Shown in pieces: positions 53,813 to 64,000 of a stretch of DNA of 64,000 bases. A program made the position numbers and the translations under genes. The notes under the pieces were generated by a model that saw nothing but the letters and a program-made list of their open reading frames with translations, was not told where the DNA came from and did no database searches. The DNA lies in assembly GCA_963793425.1 (NCBI GenBank), contig CAWCAG010000005.1, forward strand, positions 448,001 to 512,000, written 5' to 3'. The stretch comes from an uncultured cyanobacterium. GTDB taxonomy: Bacteria > Cyanobacteriota > Cyanobacteriia > Cyanobacteriales > CAWCAG01. How positions within the stretch are numbered: position 1 is the first letter of the stretch; each line of letters starts with the position of its first letter.

Positions 53813-55624
53813 ATCATGATTATCATTATCATTCTCATCAATTAACCAAGCACTACCATCAGTAGGAGCATCTTCATAACTATCATGCCATTGGTCATAG
53901 CACCATTCCCAGAACATTACCGTGCATATCATACAAACCAAAAGCATTAGGGGGAAAGCTGCCTACTTCCGTTGTTTCTTTCCTATATTGCCCTTCTGAT
54001 TCTGAGCCATAGGTACTGTTGCCAGAATAATTTGCTAACTCTGTCGTAATAGTTGCACCAAAATGAAAAGGTGTGGTTGTACCAGCACGACAAGCATATT
54101 CCCACTCTGCTTCGCTAGGTAAGCGATATTCTTCTCCTAACTTTTCTGAGAGTTTCTGACAAAATTCCACCGCCTCCAACCAAGAAACAGCTTCTACCGG
54201 GCGGTTTTCTCCTTCAAATTTAGCAGGATTATTACCCATAATCGCTTGCCATTGAGCTTGAGTAACCGCATACTTACCCAGATAGAAAGAGGGAACATTT
54301 ACTTCATGTTGTGGCTCTTCATTATCTCTTCTCCCTTTCTCATCACAAGGGGAACCCATAAGAAAACTTCCCCCAGGTATTGCCACCATTTCTAAGCTGA
54401 TTCCGTTTCCTAAATCTCCTCGAATATATTCTGCTTCTACTTACTTTGCGACTCATAATTTTGCCACTTTTCATCTACGGTAACGGTTTCGTTAGGCAAG
54501 AAAGTGTTGCGAATCTTTCTATTACTATTAACAGATAATCCTATAGCAACAGCAGTTAATGCACCCAATTTAGCCAAACCACCATAAAGAAATTGCTTCC
54601 TAGTAAAAGTTTGAGTTTGTGTTGCAGGTTGTTGAATCTTGGGTTGTTTGGGTTGAGAAACTTTAGCTGGTTGCTTTTTTACAGCTTGAGAAGGAGGTTT
54701 TTGATAAGTAGTAACTTGTTGCTGTTGAACATGATCAATCGCATCAACCGCAGCAATTAACTCCTCTGCCTTTTGATAACGCTGTTTCGGGAAATGCTCT
54801 AACATTTTGTCCAAAACTTCCCCTAACTCCTTCCTAACTCTCCCTCCCTTCTCTCGCCATAACCACCTCGCTTCATCAGCATCATACAATTCATCCTGGA
54901 TATCTCCAGGATTATCAAAATTGGGTAAACAACCAGTCAATAAACGGATAGAGGTAGCCCCCAAGCTATAAATATCACTGGCACAACGAGGTTTGCCAAT
55001 GACTTGTTCATAAGGTGCATAACCAGCCGTATAAAGAACTGTGCCAGAAATACTTACCGTTTGGAGATGGTGCTTAACTCCCCCAAAATCTATCAGAAAG
55101 ATTTTACCATCACTGCGACGACGCATAATGTTTTCTGGTCTAATATCTCGGTGTAATAATCCCTGTCGGTGAATGTATTGCAATACAGGTAAGAAATCTC
55201 GGAGAAACTCTAATAATTTCTGCTCATTAAAAGCCCCTTCCTTAAGCAACTCCTTAAGCAAATTCTCCCCTTCCACATAATCCTGCACCAAATAGATAGA
55301 ATTATCTTGAGCAAAATAAGCTTGCAAACGGGGAATTTGAGGATGATCTAAGTCGTAGAGACTTTTTCCTTCCTGTTCAAATAATTCCTTTGCTTTGCTT
55401 CCCTGTGCCTCGGCAATAAACTTTTTGATTACACAGAGACTATCAAAACGATCTTTATTCTTCGCTAAATAAGTCCTACCAAAAGCACCTTGACCCAAAA
55501 CTTTAACAACTTCATAACGTCCCCGAAATAAAGGTTGTTGCCATAAACTCAAACCACAACCTTGACAAAACTGATTACTATCGGGATTTTCGGGACTAGA
55601 ACAAGCCGGGTTGCAACAGTACAT
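53678..55624 (-). CDS. Ser/Thr protein kinase fused to an FGE-sulfatase (CLec-fold) domain, split by frameshifts near 54470, 54441 and 53913
   Basis: 4-Cys prefix, [20 protein letters not shown]; then [53 protein letters not shown]. Confidence 0.88.
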
Positions 55625-55755
55625 ATTGGTTAAACAATATCACTATCTCAGTTTACCTGATTTCACCGTAATTGCTCAAAAGATTGTAGTGGAATCGCTA
55701 AGTTTTTTTAAGGGTAAGTTTTTTGAGATTTGAAGCAGCAACATGATGTTTATTG

Positions 55756-55831
55756 AAAAGTTTGATATTAACTCTATTAAGAATACAGAGACAAATTTAA
55801 ACAAAAACCTGACAAACATTCTTCACCCTGC
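55756..55831 (-). repeat. 76-bp duplicate of the 3' end and downstream flank of the Uma2 gene (52434-52509)
   Basis: Manual alignment: 66/76 identical, ungapped. Confidence 0.85.
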
Positions 55832-55868
55832 TTAAAGAAAATTGCCAGGGCTTATTAACTATTGCTGC

Positions 55869-56486
55869 TCAAACTTCCCAAATTCGAGACAAATCTAAAA
55901 CAAAACCGGGTAATACTTCCTCACCAGATAACTCAACGGGATTCTCCAGCACTTCTACCTCTTTTCCCAGGCGATAAATTTCTACTTGTCGCTGCTGAGG
56001 ATTAAGTAACCAACCTAGCTTTGCACCGTTGTCAAGGTACTCTTTCATCTTCTGTTGTAAGGATTTGAGAGTATCTGAATTAGAACGCAATTCTACAACA
56101 AAATCAGGACAGATATTCGGAAAAGTACTTTTTTGTTCTAGAGTGAGAGCATCCCAACGTTGCCGACTAATCCAACAAGCATCAGGGCTACGAATCGCTC
56201 CATTCGGTAATGTGAAACCTGTAGAAGAATCAAAAGCTTTACCCAATTCTCTGTTTCCTTCATGCCAAAGATAAATTTGCCCGGTAAGGCTGTAATTGCG
56301 TTCTCCTGTTTCCCAACCTGTTGGCGGATTCACGGTTAATTCTCCTTGTGCAGTCCTTTCTATTCTTAGCTCCGGGTTAACTGCGGCAAGGGCAGCAAAT
56401 TGCTCTTGGGTAACGTGGAGTGCAATATCCCTTGGTAGTTCAATTGATAGGGTGCCGGTTTCGGGTTTAGTTGATATTTGTACCAT
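55869..56486 (-). CDS. Uma2-family protein (tandem duplicate)
   Basis: FDSSTGF.LPNGAIRSPD, CPDFVVELRS. Confidence 0.92.
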   Translation of the reverse strand: MVQISTKPETGTLSIELPRDIALHVTQEQFAALAAVNPELRIERTAQGELTVNPPTGWETGERNYSLTGQIYLWHEGNRELGKAFDSSTGFTLPNGAIRSPDACWISRQRWDALTLEQKSTFPNICPDFVVELRSNSDTLKSLQQKMKEYLDNGAKLGWLLNPQQRQVEIYRLGKEVEVLENPVELSGEEVLPGFVLDLSRIWEV

Positions 56487-56610
56487 CTTAACTCTTTACT
56501 ATGACATTCTACAGTTATAGCGATGCCTACGACGCGCTAGTAGTTATCACAGCTAACATTACCGAGATTGAAGACAATTGGTAGAAATTCGGCAGCCAAC
56601 AGTTAACTTT

Positions 56611-57225
56611 TTAACCCCAAATTCGAGACAAATCTAAAACAAAACCGGGTAATACTTCCTCACCAGATAACTCAACGGGATTCTCCAGCACTTCTACCTC
56701 TTTTCCTGAACGATAAATTTCTACTTGTCGCTGCTGAGGATTAAGTAACCAACCTAGCTTTGCACCGTTGTCAAGGTACTCTTTCATCTTCTCTTGTAGG
56801 GATTTGAGAGTGTCTGAATTAGAACGCAATTCTACAACAAAATCAGGACAGATATGAGGAAAAGTACTTTTTTGTTCTAGAGTGAGAGCATCCCAACGTT
56901 GCCGACTAATCCAACAAGCATCAGGGCTACGAATTGCCCCATTCGGTAAGGTGAAACCTGTAGAAGAATCAAAAGCTTTACCCAATTCTTTATTTGCTTC
57001 GTGCCAATAATCGAGTTGCCCGGTAAGGCTGCGATTGCGTTCTCCACTTTGCCAACCTGTTGGCGGATTCACGATTAATTCTCCATGTAAAGTTCTTTCC
57101 ATTCTTAACTCCCGGTTAACTGCGGCTAGGGCAACAAATTGCTCTGGAGTGACGTGGAGTGTAATCGCCCTTGGCAGTTCAATTGATAGGGTTTCCGTTT
57201 CAGGTTTAGTTGATGCTTGTACCAT
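56611..57225 (-). CDS. Uma2-family protein (tandem duplicate)
   Basis: Near-identical to 55869-56486 in the 3' two-thirds. Confidence 0.92.
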   Translation of the reverse strand: MVQASTKPETETLSIELPRAITLHVTPEQFVALAAVNRELRMERTLHGELIVNPPTGWQSGERNRSLTGQLDYWHEANKELGKAFDSSTGFTLPNGAIRSPDACWISRQRWDALTLEQKSTFPHICPDFVVELRSNSDTLKSLQEKMKEYLDNGAKLGWLLNPQQRQVEIYRSGKEVEVLENPVELSGEEVLPGFVLDLSRIWG

Positions 57226-57272
57226 CTTTTATAGCGATATCTACAGCTAAAATACAGAATCTAGATTAAAAC

Positions 57273-57303
57273 AAAAAACCCGCGACTGTGTAATCGCGAG
57301 TTT
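57273..57303 (-). terminator. Intrinsic terminator of psaFJ
   Basis: Minus strand aaactcgcgattacacagtcgcgggtttttt. Confidence 0.75.
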
Positions 57304-57352
57304 ACAATAACTATTAAAGCTAATTAAAGCAGTTTTAATTCTTTAACTTACT

Positions 57353-57481
57353 TTAATTAAGTGGGTGGAAAAGTAAGTCAGGGAAAAAGCGATTAAACTC
57401 GATTAAAATGCCAGCAGTAAATGTCAACAAAGCCATAATTAATACTGGCGCGGTGGAAAGAAACTTTTGCAAATCTTTCAT
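57353..57481 (-). CDS. psaJ: Photosystem I subunit IX (not in the ORF track)
   Basis: Manual translation [42 protein letters not shown] directly after psaF. Confidence 0.96.
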   Translation of the reverse strand: MKDLQKFLSTAPVLIMALLTFTAGILIEFNRFFPDLLFHPLN

Positions 57482-57517
57482 GATTTGTTCTCCAAAATTA
57501 ATGAACAGCAAGCTTGA

Positions 57518-58018
57518 TTAACGGGGAGAAACAGGAATTTCTGTTTCTTTAGCAGTTAATTCTCCAGAAGTAAGCTGCTTAAGCGCTGCTAGAGGCCAAG
57601 CGAAGCCACTTAGCATATATTTAAGTGCTAAAGGAACATCGATAACCACTTCTTTCATAGCTGCATTTTTGTCGCCTCTGATATCAATTAGATAAGCACG
57701 ACCAACCCAACCAATCCAACCAGCGATATAAAGAAAGAGGATACTAGGAATGAGGAAATCACCAGCACGGCTTAAGCGACCATCTACAATTAAATGGGGT
57801 AGACCTTCTGGTCCACAAAGGGCTTGAGAATAACGCTCTGCTCTTTGTTGTCCAGAATTGGGGTCGTTGGTGGTGTTACGGAAGTTTTTTGCTCTTGCTT
57901 GGAAAGCAGGAGACTCACTACAAGGCACTAAATGTGACAAATTATCCTGAGCCATAGCTTTCGGAGCAAAGCCAAAGCAAAGGGTCACAATTAGAGCCAA
58001 CGCCAATAATTTACGCAT
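57518..58018 (-). CDS. psaF: Photosystem I subunit III
   Basis: [40 protein letters not shown] end. Confidence 0.97.
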   Translation of the reverse strand: MRKLLALALIVTLCFGFAPKAMAQDNLSHLVPCSESPAFQARAKNFRNTTNDPNSGQQRAERYSQALCGPEGLPHLIVDGRLSRAGDFLIPSILFLYIAGWIGWVGRAYLIDIRGDKNAAMKEVVIDVPLALKYMLSGFAWPLAALKQLTSGELTAKETEIPVSPR

Positions 58019-58171
58019 AGATAATTTGTTTCCTTACATTACGAAACAATAAGTTTTTTGTACAAAGGATTAAAAGATTATTTGTACAACGAAGTGATCT
58101 TACTCTGACACGTTGACACAGTAAAGATTAAGTTACTAAAAGTAGAGTTTAAAATTACATTTATCAACATA

Positions 58172-59221
58172 ATGGTAAAAGTTTTAGCTATAGAAACAAG
58201 TTGTGATGAAACGGCCGTTGCAATTGTTAATAATCGTAAAGTTTTAAGCAATATAGTTGCTTCACAAATTCCTCTACATCGCCTTTATGGTGGTGTCGTC
58301 CCAGAAGTTGCTTCTAGGCAACATTTAGAAGCCATTAATAGTTGCTTAGAACAAGCTTTAGCAGAGGCAAAAATAGATTGGTCTGGTATTGATGGGGTGG
58401 CGGCTACTTGCTGTCCTGGTTTGGTGGGGGCTTTGTTGGTGGGATTAACCACAGCAAAAACTTTAGCTGCTGTACACCAAAAACCTTTTTTGGGGATTCA
58501 TCACCTCGAAGGGCATATTTACGCCACCTATCTTTGTGAACCCCAACTGCAACCCCCTTTCTTATGCTTATTGGTTTCTGGGGGTCATACTAGTTTGATT
58601 AAGGTTCAAGATTGTGGGCAGTATGAAACTCTGGGTAGTACCCGTGATGATGCAGTGGGGGAAGCTTTTGATAAGGTAGCCCGCTTGCTTAATTTAGGTT
58701 ATCCTGGTGGCCCCATTATCGACAAATTGGCACAAACTGGGAATCCTCAAGCTTTCTCTCTGCCCGAAGGCAGGATATCTTTACCCGAAGGTGGCTATCA
58801 CCCTTATGATTCTAGTTTTAGTGGTTTAAAGACCGCTATGCTGCGACTGGTGCAGAAATTAGAGCAAGAAACGGATTCTTCTTCTTTGCCCGTTAATGAT
58901 CTGGCCGCTAGCTTTCAAGAAACTGTGGCGCGATCGCTGGTGAAAAGAACGATTAAATGTGCTTTGGATTGTGGACTTGATACTATTACTGTTGGGGGCG
59001 GTGTTGCTGCTAATAGTGGTTTAAGGAAGCATTTATTAGCAGCCGCCGAAACTCATCAACTTAAGGTTTATTTCCCTCCCCTAAAGTTTTGTACAGATAA
59101 TGCAGCAATGATTGGTTGTGCAGCCGCTGAACATCTTAATAGGGGTGATAGTTCAAGTTTAGCTTTGGGGGCAAATTCAAGACTATCTTTGAGTGAAGTG
59201 ATGACACTGTACCAAGGTTAG
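58172..59221 (+). CDS. tsaD: t6A tRNA threonylcarbamoyltransferase
   Basis: IETSCDET, GGVVPE.ASR.H, HHLEGH, DDAVGEAFDK, TDNAAMI. Confidence 0.96.
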   Translation: MVKVLAIETSCDETAVAIVNNRKVLSNIVASQIPLHRLYGGVVPEVASRQHLEAINSCLEQALAEAKIDWSGIDGVAATCCPGLVGALLVGLTTAKTLAAVHQKPFLGIHHLEGHIYATYLCEPQLQPPFLCLLVSGGHTSLIKVQDCGQYETLGSTRDDAVGEAFDKVARLLNLGYPGGPIIDKLAQTGNPQAFSLPEGRISLPEGGYHPYDSSFSGLKTAMLRLVQKLEQETDSSSLPVNDLAASFQETVARSLVKRTIKCALDCGLDTITVGGGVAANSGLRKHLLAAAETHQLKVYFPPLKFCTDNAAMIGCAAAEHLNRGDSSSLALGANSRLSLSEVMTLYQG

Positions 59222-59313
59222 TAAACCTTACTTGACTTCTCGTGGTTGTTCACGGTTAAATCTTTTTGAGCTAACAGGTTTTTGGTTTTTTGAGGAATGA
59301 GAATAATTGCTCC

Positions 59314-60807
59314 CTAACTTTTGATAATGGCTTCACCCCGTTGATAAAGTTGACGGGCATAATCTGTCCAAGTACCTTGCCCCCAATACCGGAAACAGCT
59401 AGTTTCTAACAAGAGGTTGTATAACAAAGCTTCTTGATAATCAGGCTGTTGGGTTACTTGAGGATTTTGCTGCACCAAGGGATCATATTTTTGGTGAAAC
59501 AAAGCACTTAATTTGTTCATGGGTTCTAAAACATTTTCGTAACCCTTAACCCAACTTAAATCATTTGTCCAAGAAGCCCCATCGGTATGGAATTGCTGAT
59601 CATTTGCTTGTAAATCTTTAATTGCTTGTTCTACTTTTTCTGGTGTTGCTTGATCTTGATCTACTTGTTGCCAAATTTTGTGTTGCCCTACTCCTTGGCA
59701 AGTAGGATAATCTTCTGGTTTGATACCTGCTTGGGTAAGTAATTCTAAATATTCTGTGCCATTAACCCCTACAACTCCAGCTTGGGCATTTTCCTTGATT
59801 TTGTACCAAACAGGAGAGAAATCTCTGGGAAATTCGTTCATCATCACCCCACCATTTTCCCCGTCAGCAATTTGCGTGACGCAGCCTGGCACAGTTCCAT
59901 TGCCAATTTTTTGCTTGTCTCGACTTTTGGCTTCATGATATGGTTGCATCTGGGCTACTAATTTAGTATCTGAACCTTGGGTTTTAATTAAGGCAGTGAT
60001 ACTAATGGTTTCTCCTTGGGAGTTGCAAGCGACTAAACGATTGGGAATATATTTATCATCTTGGTGAAGCGGCGAACCATCTAACCTTTCTACAGAATGT
60101 TCTTGCACCATTAGCCAACGATAGCCGCATTCTTTTAAGGCTTTGATATATTCATAGAGGGTATCAGGATGATTAGGTAAACCCATTTCCGGAGGAGAAA
60201 AGCCTTTTACCCTAGCTAAAGCTTCATAACCAAAGATAGCAGCGAAGTAATGTTGCCAAGCTTGGATGTGGAGTTTAAGATCAGGAATTGGTGTAGAAGG
60301 TACAACAGCATGACTCCACATTGTTCCTAACCATTCTACGTAGGGTTGATATTGGCGATCGCAGGTTATACGTTTAAGGTTATTGAGGACATCATCTCGT
60401 CCCATTTGTTGCAAACCCCACAAAAGGTTGCCAGAATAATCTAACATGATGCGAGGGTTACAACCGTTGTCAACTAATTCAGGAATAAATTCTCCCATAC
60501 GTCCATAACACCAAGCAAAGGTTTCGGCGTTGTGATTATCCCCTTGGTTAGGATGTTCAAACATATGTTGGAGATTGTTGATTAATTCTCCATTTGCCCC
60601 AGCAGGAATGGTAGGTTGGTGCATATGCAAGGCACAGGCAAACCCAGCTTTTATGTCTTCGCAACGCAAGTTTGTTGTTGGTAAAAACACTGGTTCATTA
60701 TGATTAACTATGGTGTTGATTTCCTTTTCATTACCGCAAATATTGGGTAAACCTGATTTTAATGGCTTTAGATTGGGTAAATTAGGGGATTGTGTTGTGG
60801 CGATCAT
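59314..60807 (-). CDS. Glycoside hydrolase family 57-like protein
   Basis: LHMHQP, GFSPPEM, DGENGG. Confidence 0.8.
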   Translation of the reverse strand: MIATTQSPNLPNLKPLKSGLPNICGNEKEINTIVNHNEPVFLPTTNLRCEDIKAGFACALHMHQPTIPAGANGELINNLQHMFEHPNQGDNHNAETFAWCYGRMGEFIPELVDNGCNPRIMLDYSGNLLWGLQQMGRDDVLNNLKRITCDRQYQPYVEWLGTMWSHAVVPSTPIPDLKLHIQAWQHYFAAIFGYEALARVKGFSPPEMGLPNHPDTLYEYIKALKECGYRWLMVQEHSVERLDGSPLHQDDKYIPNRLVACNSQGETISITALIKTQGSDTKLVAQMQPYHEAKSRDKQKIGNGTVPGCVTQIADGENGGVMMNEFPRDFSPVWYKIKENAQAGVVGVNGTEYLELLTQAGIKPEDYPTCQGVGQHKIWQQVDQDQATPEKVEQAIKDLQANDQQFHTDGASWTNDLSWVKGYENVLEPMNKLSALFHQKYDPLVQQNPQVTQQPDYQEALLYNLLLETSCFRYWGQGTWTDYARQLYQRGEAIIKS

Positions 60808-60845
60808 AGAATTTTTTTCAGAATAAGTTTTTGTTAAGGCTGATG

Positions 60846-60956
60846 TATAGCAATTTTAAGTCACATGAGTTACCTTACTCTATTTCCACGCTTCTATTAG
60901 CTATTAGCAAAAACCAGAATCTAGGCTGTACCTCACGCTTAATCTGAATGGCTACA
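60846..60956. mobile_element. Degenerate MITE-like element
   Basis: tatagcaattt..catgagttac ... gtacctca..gaatggctaca imperfect inverted ends. Confidence 0.45.
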
Positions 60957-61065
60957 GAATAATTTCTTGCTTAAGGTGTTTGACATTTATCATTAAGCAT
61001 TTAATCATTTATTATGTAAATTTTAATTCATAACCAAAGCAAGAATATTCTTTCCCTATTACTTA

Positions 61066-62217
61066 ATGAACCAAAATATTTTACTTACTGGAGGCAGAAT
61101 GACTGCCACTTTAGCTTTGGCAAGGCTATTTTCTGCTGCTGGTTACAGAGTATTTGTTGTTGATAGTTTCAAGAATTTTATTTGTAGCTATTCTCGCGCT
61201 ACAGTTAAAGGTTTTGTTGTACCTTCACCTCGCTATGATACTAGCAACTATATCAAAGCTTTACAAAGCATTATTCAAAAAGAGAAAATTGGCTTACTTA
61301 TCCCTACTTCTGAGGAGATTTTTTATTTATCTAGTTATTTGGAAGAGTTAGAACCTTTATGTACAGTTTTTGCTGCATCTTTACCTAATTTACGACAGTT
61401 ATACAATAAATGGACATTTATTCAAACAGCCAAAACTTTAGGATTGTTAGTACCGAAAACTTGGTTAATTAAGTCTCGCCAAGATTTAGCTTCTTGTTTG
61501 AGGATGGCTACACCTTCTCAGCTAATTCTCAAGCCTGTATATTCCCGTTTAGGAAGAAATATACATTTGTTCAATCAACCAGTAGAGAGGCTACCTAAAT
61601 TAGAGATTGAAGAAAAGCAACCCTGGGTTTTACAAGAATTTATTCCTGGGCAAGAATATACTACTTATAGTGTTGCTCAGCAAGGTGAGTTGAAAGCTCA
61701 TGTCACTCATTTGAGGTCATCTTCTTTGAGTCCTGTAGATTCTTGGTCAGAATTAGTTGCAGTTAAGGAAACAAAGATATTAAATTGGGTTGTTGATTTT
61801 GTCAAAGCGAAGCAGTTTACTGGGCAAATAGCTTTTAATTTTATTGTTGATGAATATGATGATATTTACCCTGTAGGATGCAACTTACAGCTAACCAAAG
61901 CTATACATTTATTTCATCATCAGGATGGATTGACAGAAGCTTTTCTAAATACAGACGAGGATGTAATTCAGCCCCAAAAACAGCTTAAAATTACTAGTTC
62001 CTTAGCTACAATTCACAAAGGCTTATTTCCCAAGATTATTCCTCAAAAACTCAAACAAGGTGGGCAAACTTTAACTCAAACTCAAGATGAAGTTTTTCGC
62101 TTAAGCAATCCTCTTCCTGCTTATGTATTTTTTAAAGGGTATCTTAACAGTAATGACACAGAATTTTTTGCTCAAGATTTAGAATGGGATGGAGAAGAGA
62201 TTACTAAGAAAAATTAA
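61066..62217 (+). CDS. ATP-grasp domain protein (apparently degenerate)
   Basis: LLTGGR, IPTSEE, KPVYSR, LQEFIPG, GQIAF. Confidence 0.75.
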   Translation: MNQNILLTGGRMTATLALARLFSAAGYRVFVVDSFKNFICSYSRATVKGFVVPSPRYDTSNYIKALQSIIQKEKIGLLIPTSEEIFYLSSYLEELEPLCTVFAASLPNLRQLYNKWTFIQTAKTLGLLVPKTWLIKSRQDLASCLRMATPSQLILKPVYSRLGRNIHLFNQPVERLPKLEIEEKQPWVLQEFIPGQEYTTYSVAQQGELKAHVTHLRSSSLSPVDSWSELVAVKETKILNWVVDFVKAKQFTGQIAFNFIVDEYDDIYPVGCNLQLTKAIHLFHHQDGLTEAFLNTDEDVIQPQKQLKITSSLATIHKGLFPKIIPQKLKQGGQTLTQTQDEVFRLSNPLPAYVFFKGYLNSNDTEFFAQDLEWDGEEITKKN

Positions 62218-62422
62218 TTTGAGCCAAGTAACAGCCCCTTTCTTCTTCATATTGCCAAGCTACAGATTCAGGATCTCTTTGCTTACTCCATTGAGAAAAG
62301 TTAGCTTGCTTTTTTAGTTGTGCCAAAGTTGAAGGATCAACTCCCAATCTAATAGCTAATTCTTCTTGTTTCATCCCTTGCATAATTTGTTCAAGAGAGT
62401 TTGGTTCTTGATTAGAGTTCAT
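62204..62422 (-). CDS. Small HTH-like hypothetical protein
   Basis: GMKQEELAIRLGV..S..FSQWS..DP...W; paralog of 41748-41987. Confidence 0.6.
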   Translation of the reverse strand: MNSNQEPNSLEQIMQGMKQEELAIRLGVDPSTLAQLKKQANFSQWSKQRDPESVAWQYEEERGCYLAQINFS

Positions 62423-62548
62423 AGTTTTATTGATTAATTGGTTATAATTGGAGAAAAACAGAGCCGCCCCTAGATACTAAGTTGAGATTTATAGGGATTT
62501 TTCTAAGTTAGAGAAAAAGTTGTCATTATAAGGACGAATACCAAACAA

Positions 62549-63077
62549 ATGATTTTTTCCTGGAAAAAAACTGCGATCGCTTTCACTTTAGCATTATCTG
62601 CATTATCTCTTAACAGTTGTGGTAAGAGTACTTCAGACAAATCAGTAGGGAGTTCTGCTTCTCCTGATCTAGAAGAATCTGTCTCTGAGCAAAAGGTTCC
62701 TGAGAAAAAAGCTCAAGCAAAAGCTGATAATAACCAAGATTTACTCCTAGGTAAATGGCAGATTGTCAAGTTAGTAGAAAATGGACAAGAAGTTTCTCTT
62801 GAGGAGATATTAGCTGAGATTGCTGAAACAGGAGATGCAGAAAGTGCGGAAGAAACAGCCCAAGGCATGACTGGGGAATTTGAAGAGGATGGTAAGTTTA
62901 GGTTGGCTGAGCGAAGAAGGTACTTATCAAGTCGAAGGGGATACACTGATTTTGCAAGATCCTACCAAAGAGGAGCCAATTAACCTGAATTTCCGGGTTT
63001 CTGAGACTGAATTAGTGGCTTACAATGCCCAAGAAGAAGAAAATAAAGTAGAAGTATATTTTAAAAGATTGGAATAG
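62549..63077 (+). CDS. Lipoprotein with lipocalin-like barrel, split by a +1 frameshift near 62908
   Basis: Lipobox LNSC, LLGKWQI, F.EDG.F then EEGTYQVEGDTLIL..YFKR in the next frame. Confidence 0.7.
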
Positions 63078-63284
63078 TTAATAATTAGTTGATTTGTTAA
63101 GAGTTTGGTAACTCTTGTTGCATCTTGTGTACTCTCGATCTGTAATCATTTAGATCGGGTATCTTGGTGAAAGTAGATAATTAAACCTTGAAAAATGATT
63201 AATTATCTACTGGTTTAAGCAGATTTACCCTGTCTCGACCTATAACCATATACGGACTTTTTCCCTTAATTACTCGGAGGCTTT

Positions 63285-63494
63285 ATGAGTCCCACGTTAC
63301 TGCGCCAACTATGGTCTTTAGTTGAAAACACTCAAGCAAACACTCTTTTGGGACTAGATGATACAAGTCTGGTTCGCTGGCTACTAAGGCAGCTAGAAAA
63401 GCGTCGTGATCTTGAAAGAGATGAAACTGATATTTTGAGTGATTATATATATTCTAAGCTTTCTTTGATTAGGGATCTAGCTCAACAAAGGTAA
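63285..63494 (+). CDS. Conserved cyanobacterial small hypothetical protein
   Basis: LRQLWSLVE..Q..LL.LDD..L...KL.LIRDLA; RBS GGAGG upstream. Confidence 0.75.
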   Translation: MSPTLLRQLWSLVENTQANTLLGLDDTSLVRWLLRQLEKRRDLERDETDILSDYIYSKLSLIRDLAQQR

Positions 63495-63583
63495 TAAACA
63501 GGGAGTAGGAAGTAAAGAGTAGGGAATATTAGAGAAAAGGTTGAGAATGAGAAATTTATCAATATTCCCCAATCCCTCTTCGG

Positions 63584-64000
63584 TCAACATCTAACTAATT
63601 TTGTCAATTGAACTACTACATCATCAATAGCCCTCAACATCGTATCTCCAGACTGTCCTGGTTGATTAATTAAAATACTAAACACAATCCGACCATATTC
63701 AGGATGTTCTAAATAACCAGACAAAGCCCTTACCCCCCTTAATGTACCAGTTTTTGCTCGTACATTGCCTTGCGCTGCTGTATTGCGAAATCTTCGGCGT
63801 AAAGTGCCACTTACTCCCCCAACAGGTAAGGATTGATAAAATATATCACTACCTTTTGCCCTAGTCATAGCTTGTAGTAAGTCTACTAAAGCATCAGGGC
63901 TAATGGAATTACTTCTCGATAAACCAGATCCGTCTGCTTGGCTAAAACCATTGGGGTTAACTCCCAATTGAGTTAAAGATTGTTTTGCCGCTGTTGCCCC
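63584..64000 (-). CDS. dacB: D-Ala-D-Ala carboxypeptidase/endopeptidase PBP4 (partial, runs off the window)
   Basis: DGSGLSR, GTL..R, AKTGTL, ALSGY; frame open to 64000. Confidence 0.9.
   Translation of the reverse strand, partial: GATAAKQSLTQLGVNPNGFSQADGSGLSRSNSISPDALVDLLQAMTRAKGSDIFYQSLPVGGVSGTLRRRFRNTAAQGNVRAKTGTLRGVRALSGYLEHPEYGRIVFSILINQPGQSGDTMLRAIDDVVVQLTKLVRC

Noticed and set aside
53524..53841. 105-aa ORF overlapping the VR
   Set aside because: Alternative frame kept open by the A-poor VR sequence
55129..55153. Kinase catalytic loop HRDIRPEN instead of HRDIKPEN
   Set aside because: Single conservative change in an error-prone stretch; cannot infer function
1..64000. Frequent GCGATCGC octamers
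   Set aside because: HIP1, a well-known cyanobacterial feature; useful only as a taxonomic cue
1..64000. DGR template repeat, reverse transcriptase or avd
   Set aside because: No AAC-rich copy of the VR and no RT-motif ORF found by eye

Overview
AT-rich cyanobacterial chromosomal window: psaF/psaJ, ycf39, ycf46-like, cyanoexosortase A and roughly 30 HIP1 GCGATCGC sites counted by eye. Housekeeping genes (aroB, aroC, pyrD, rfbB, tsaD, NAD kinase, dacB) are interleaved with dense signalling loci (three clusters of His kinases, receivers, GGDEF-EAL and adenylate cyclase) and accessory genes. Highlights: (1) a Ser/Thr kinase-FGE/CLec gene whose 3' end has the signatures of a diversity-generating retroelement (DGR) variable region but no RT or template in the window, lying in a Uma2 array and bracketed by two sets of direct repeats; (2) a NACHT-HEAT NLR-like gene with nine 99-bp repeats that vary at fixed positions; (3) a secreted Asp/Ser-repeat protein co-oriented behind an SLH porin; (4) two independent twin-receiver kinase/phosphodiesterase pairs. 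Four genes are split by frameshifts that can all be explained as +1 insertions, most likely long-read errors. No rRNA, tRNA, CRISPR array or intact transposase was seen. All family assignments come from motif recognition, not database searches.
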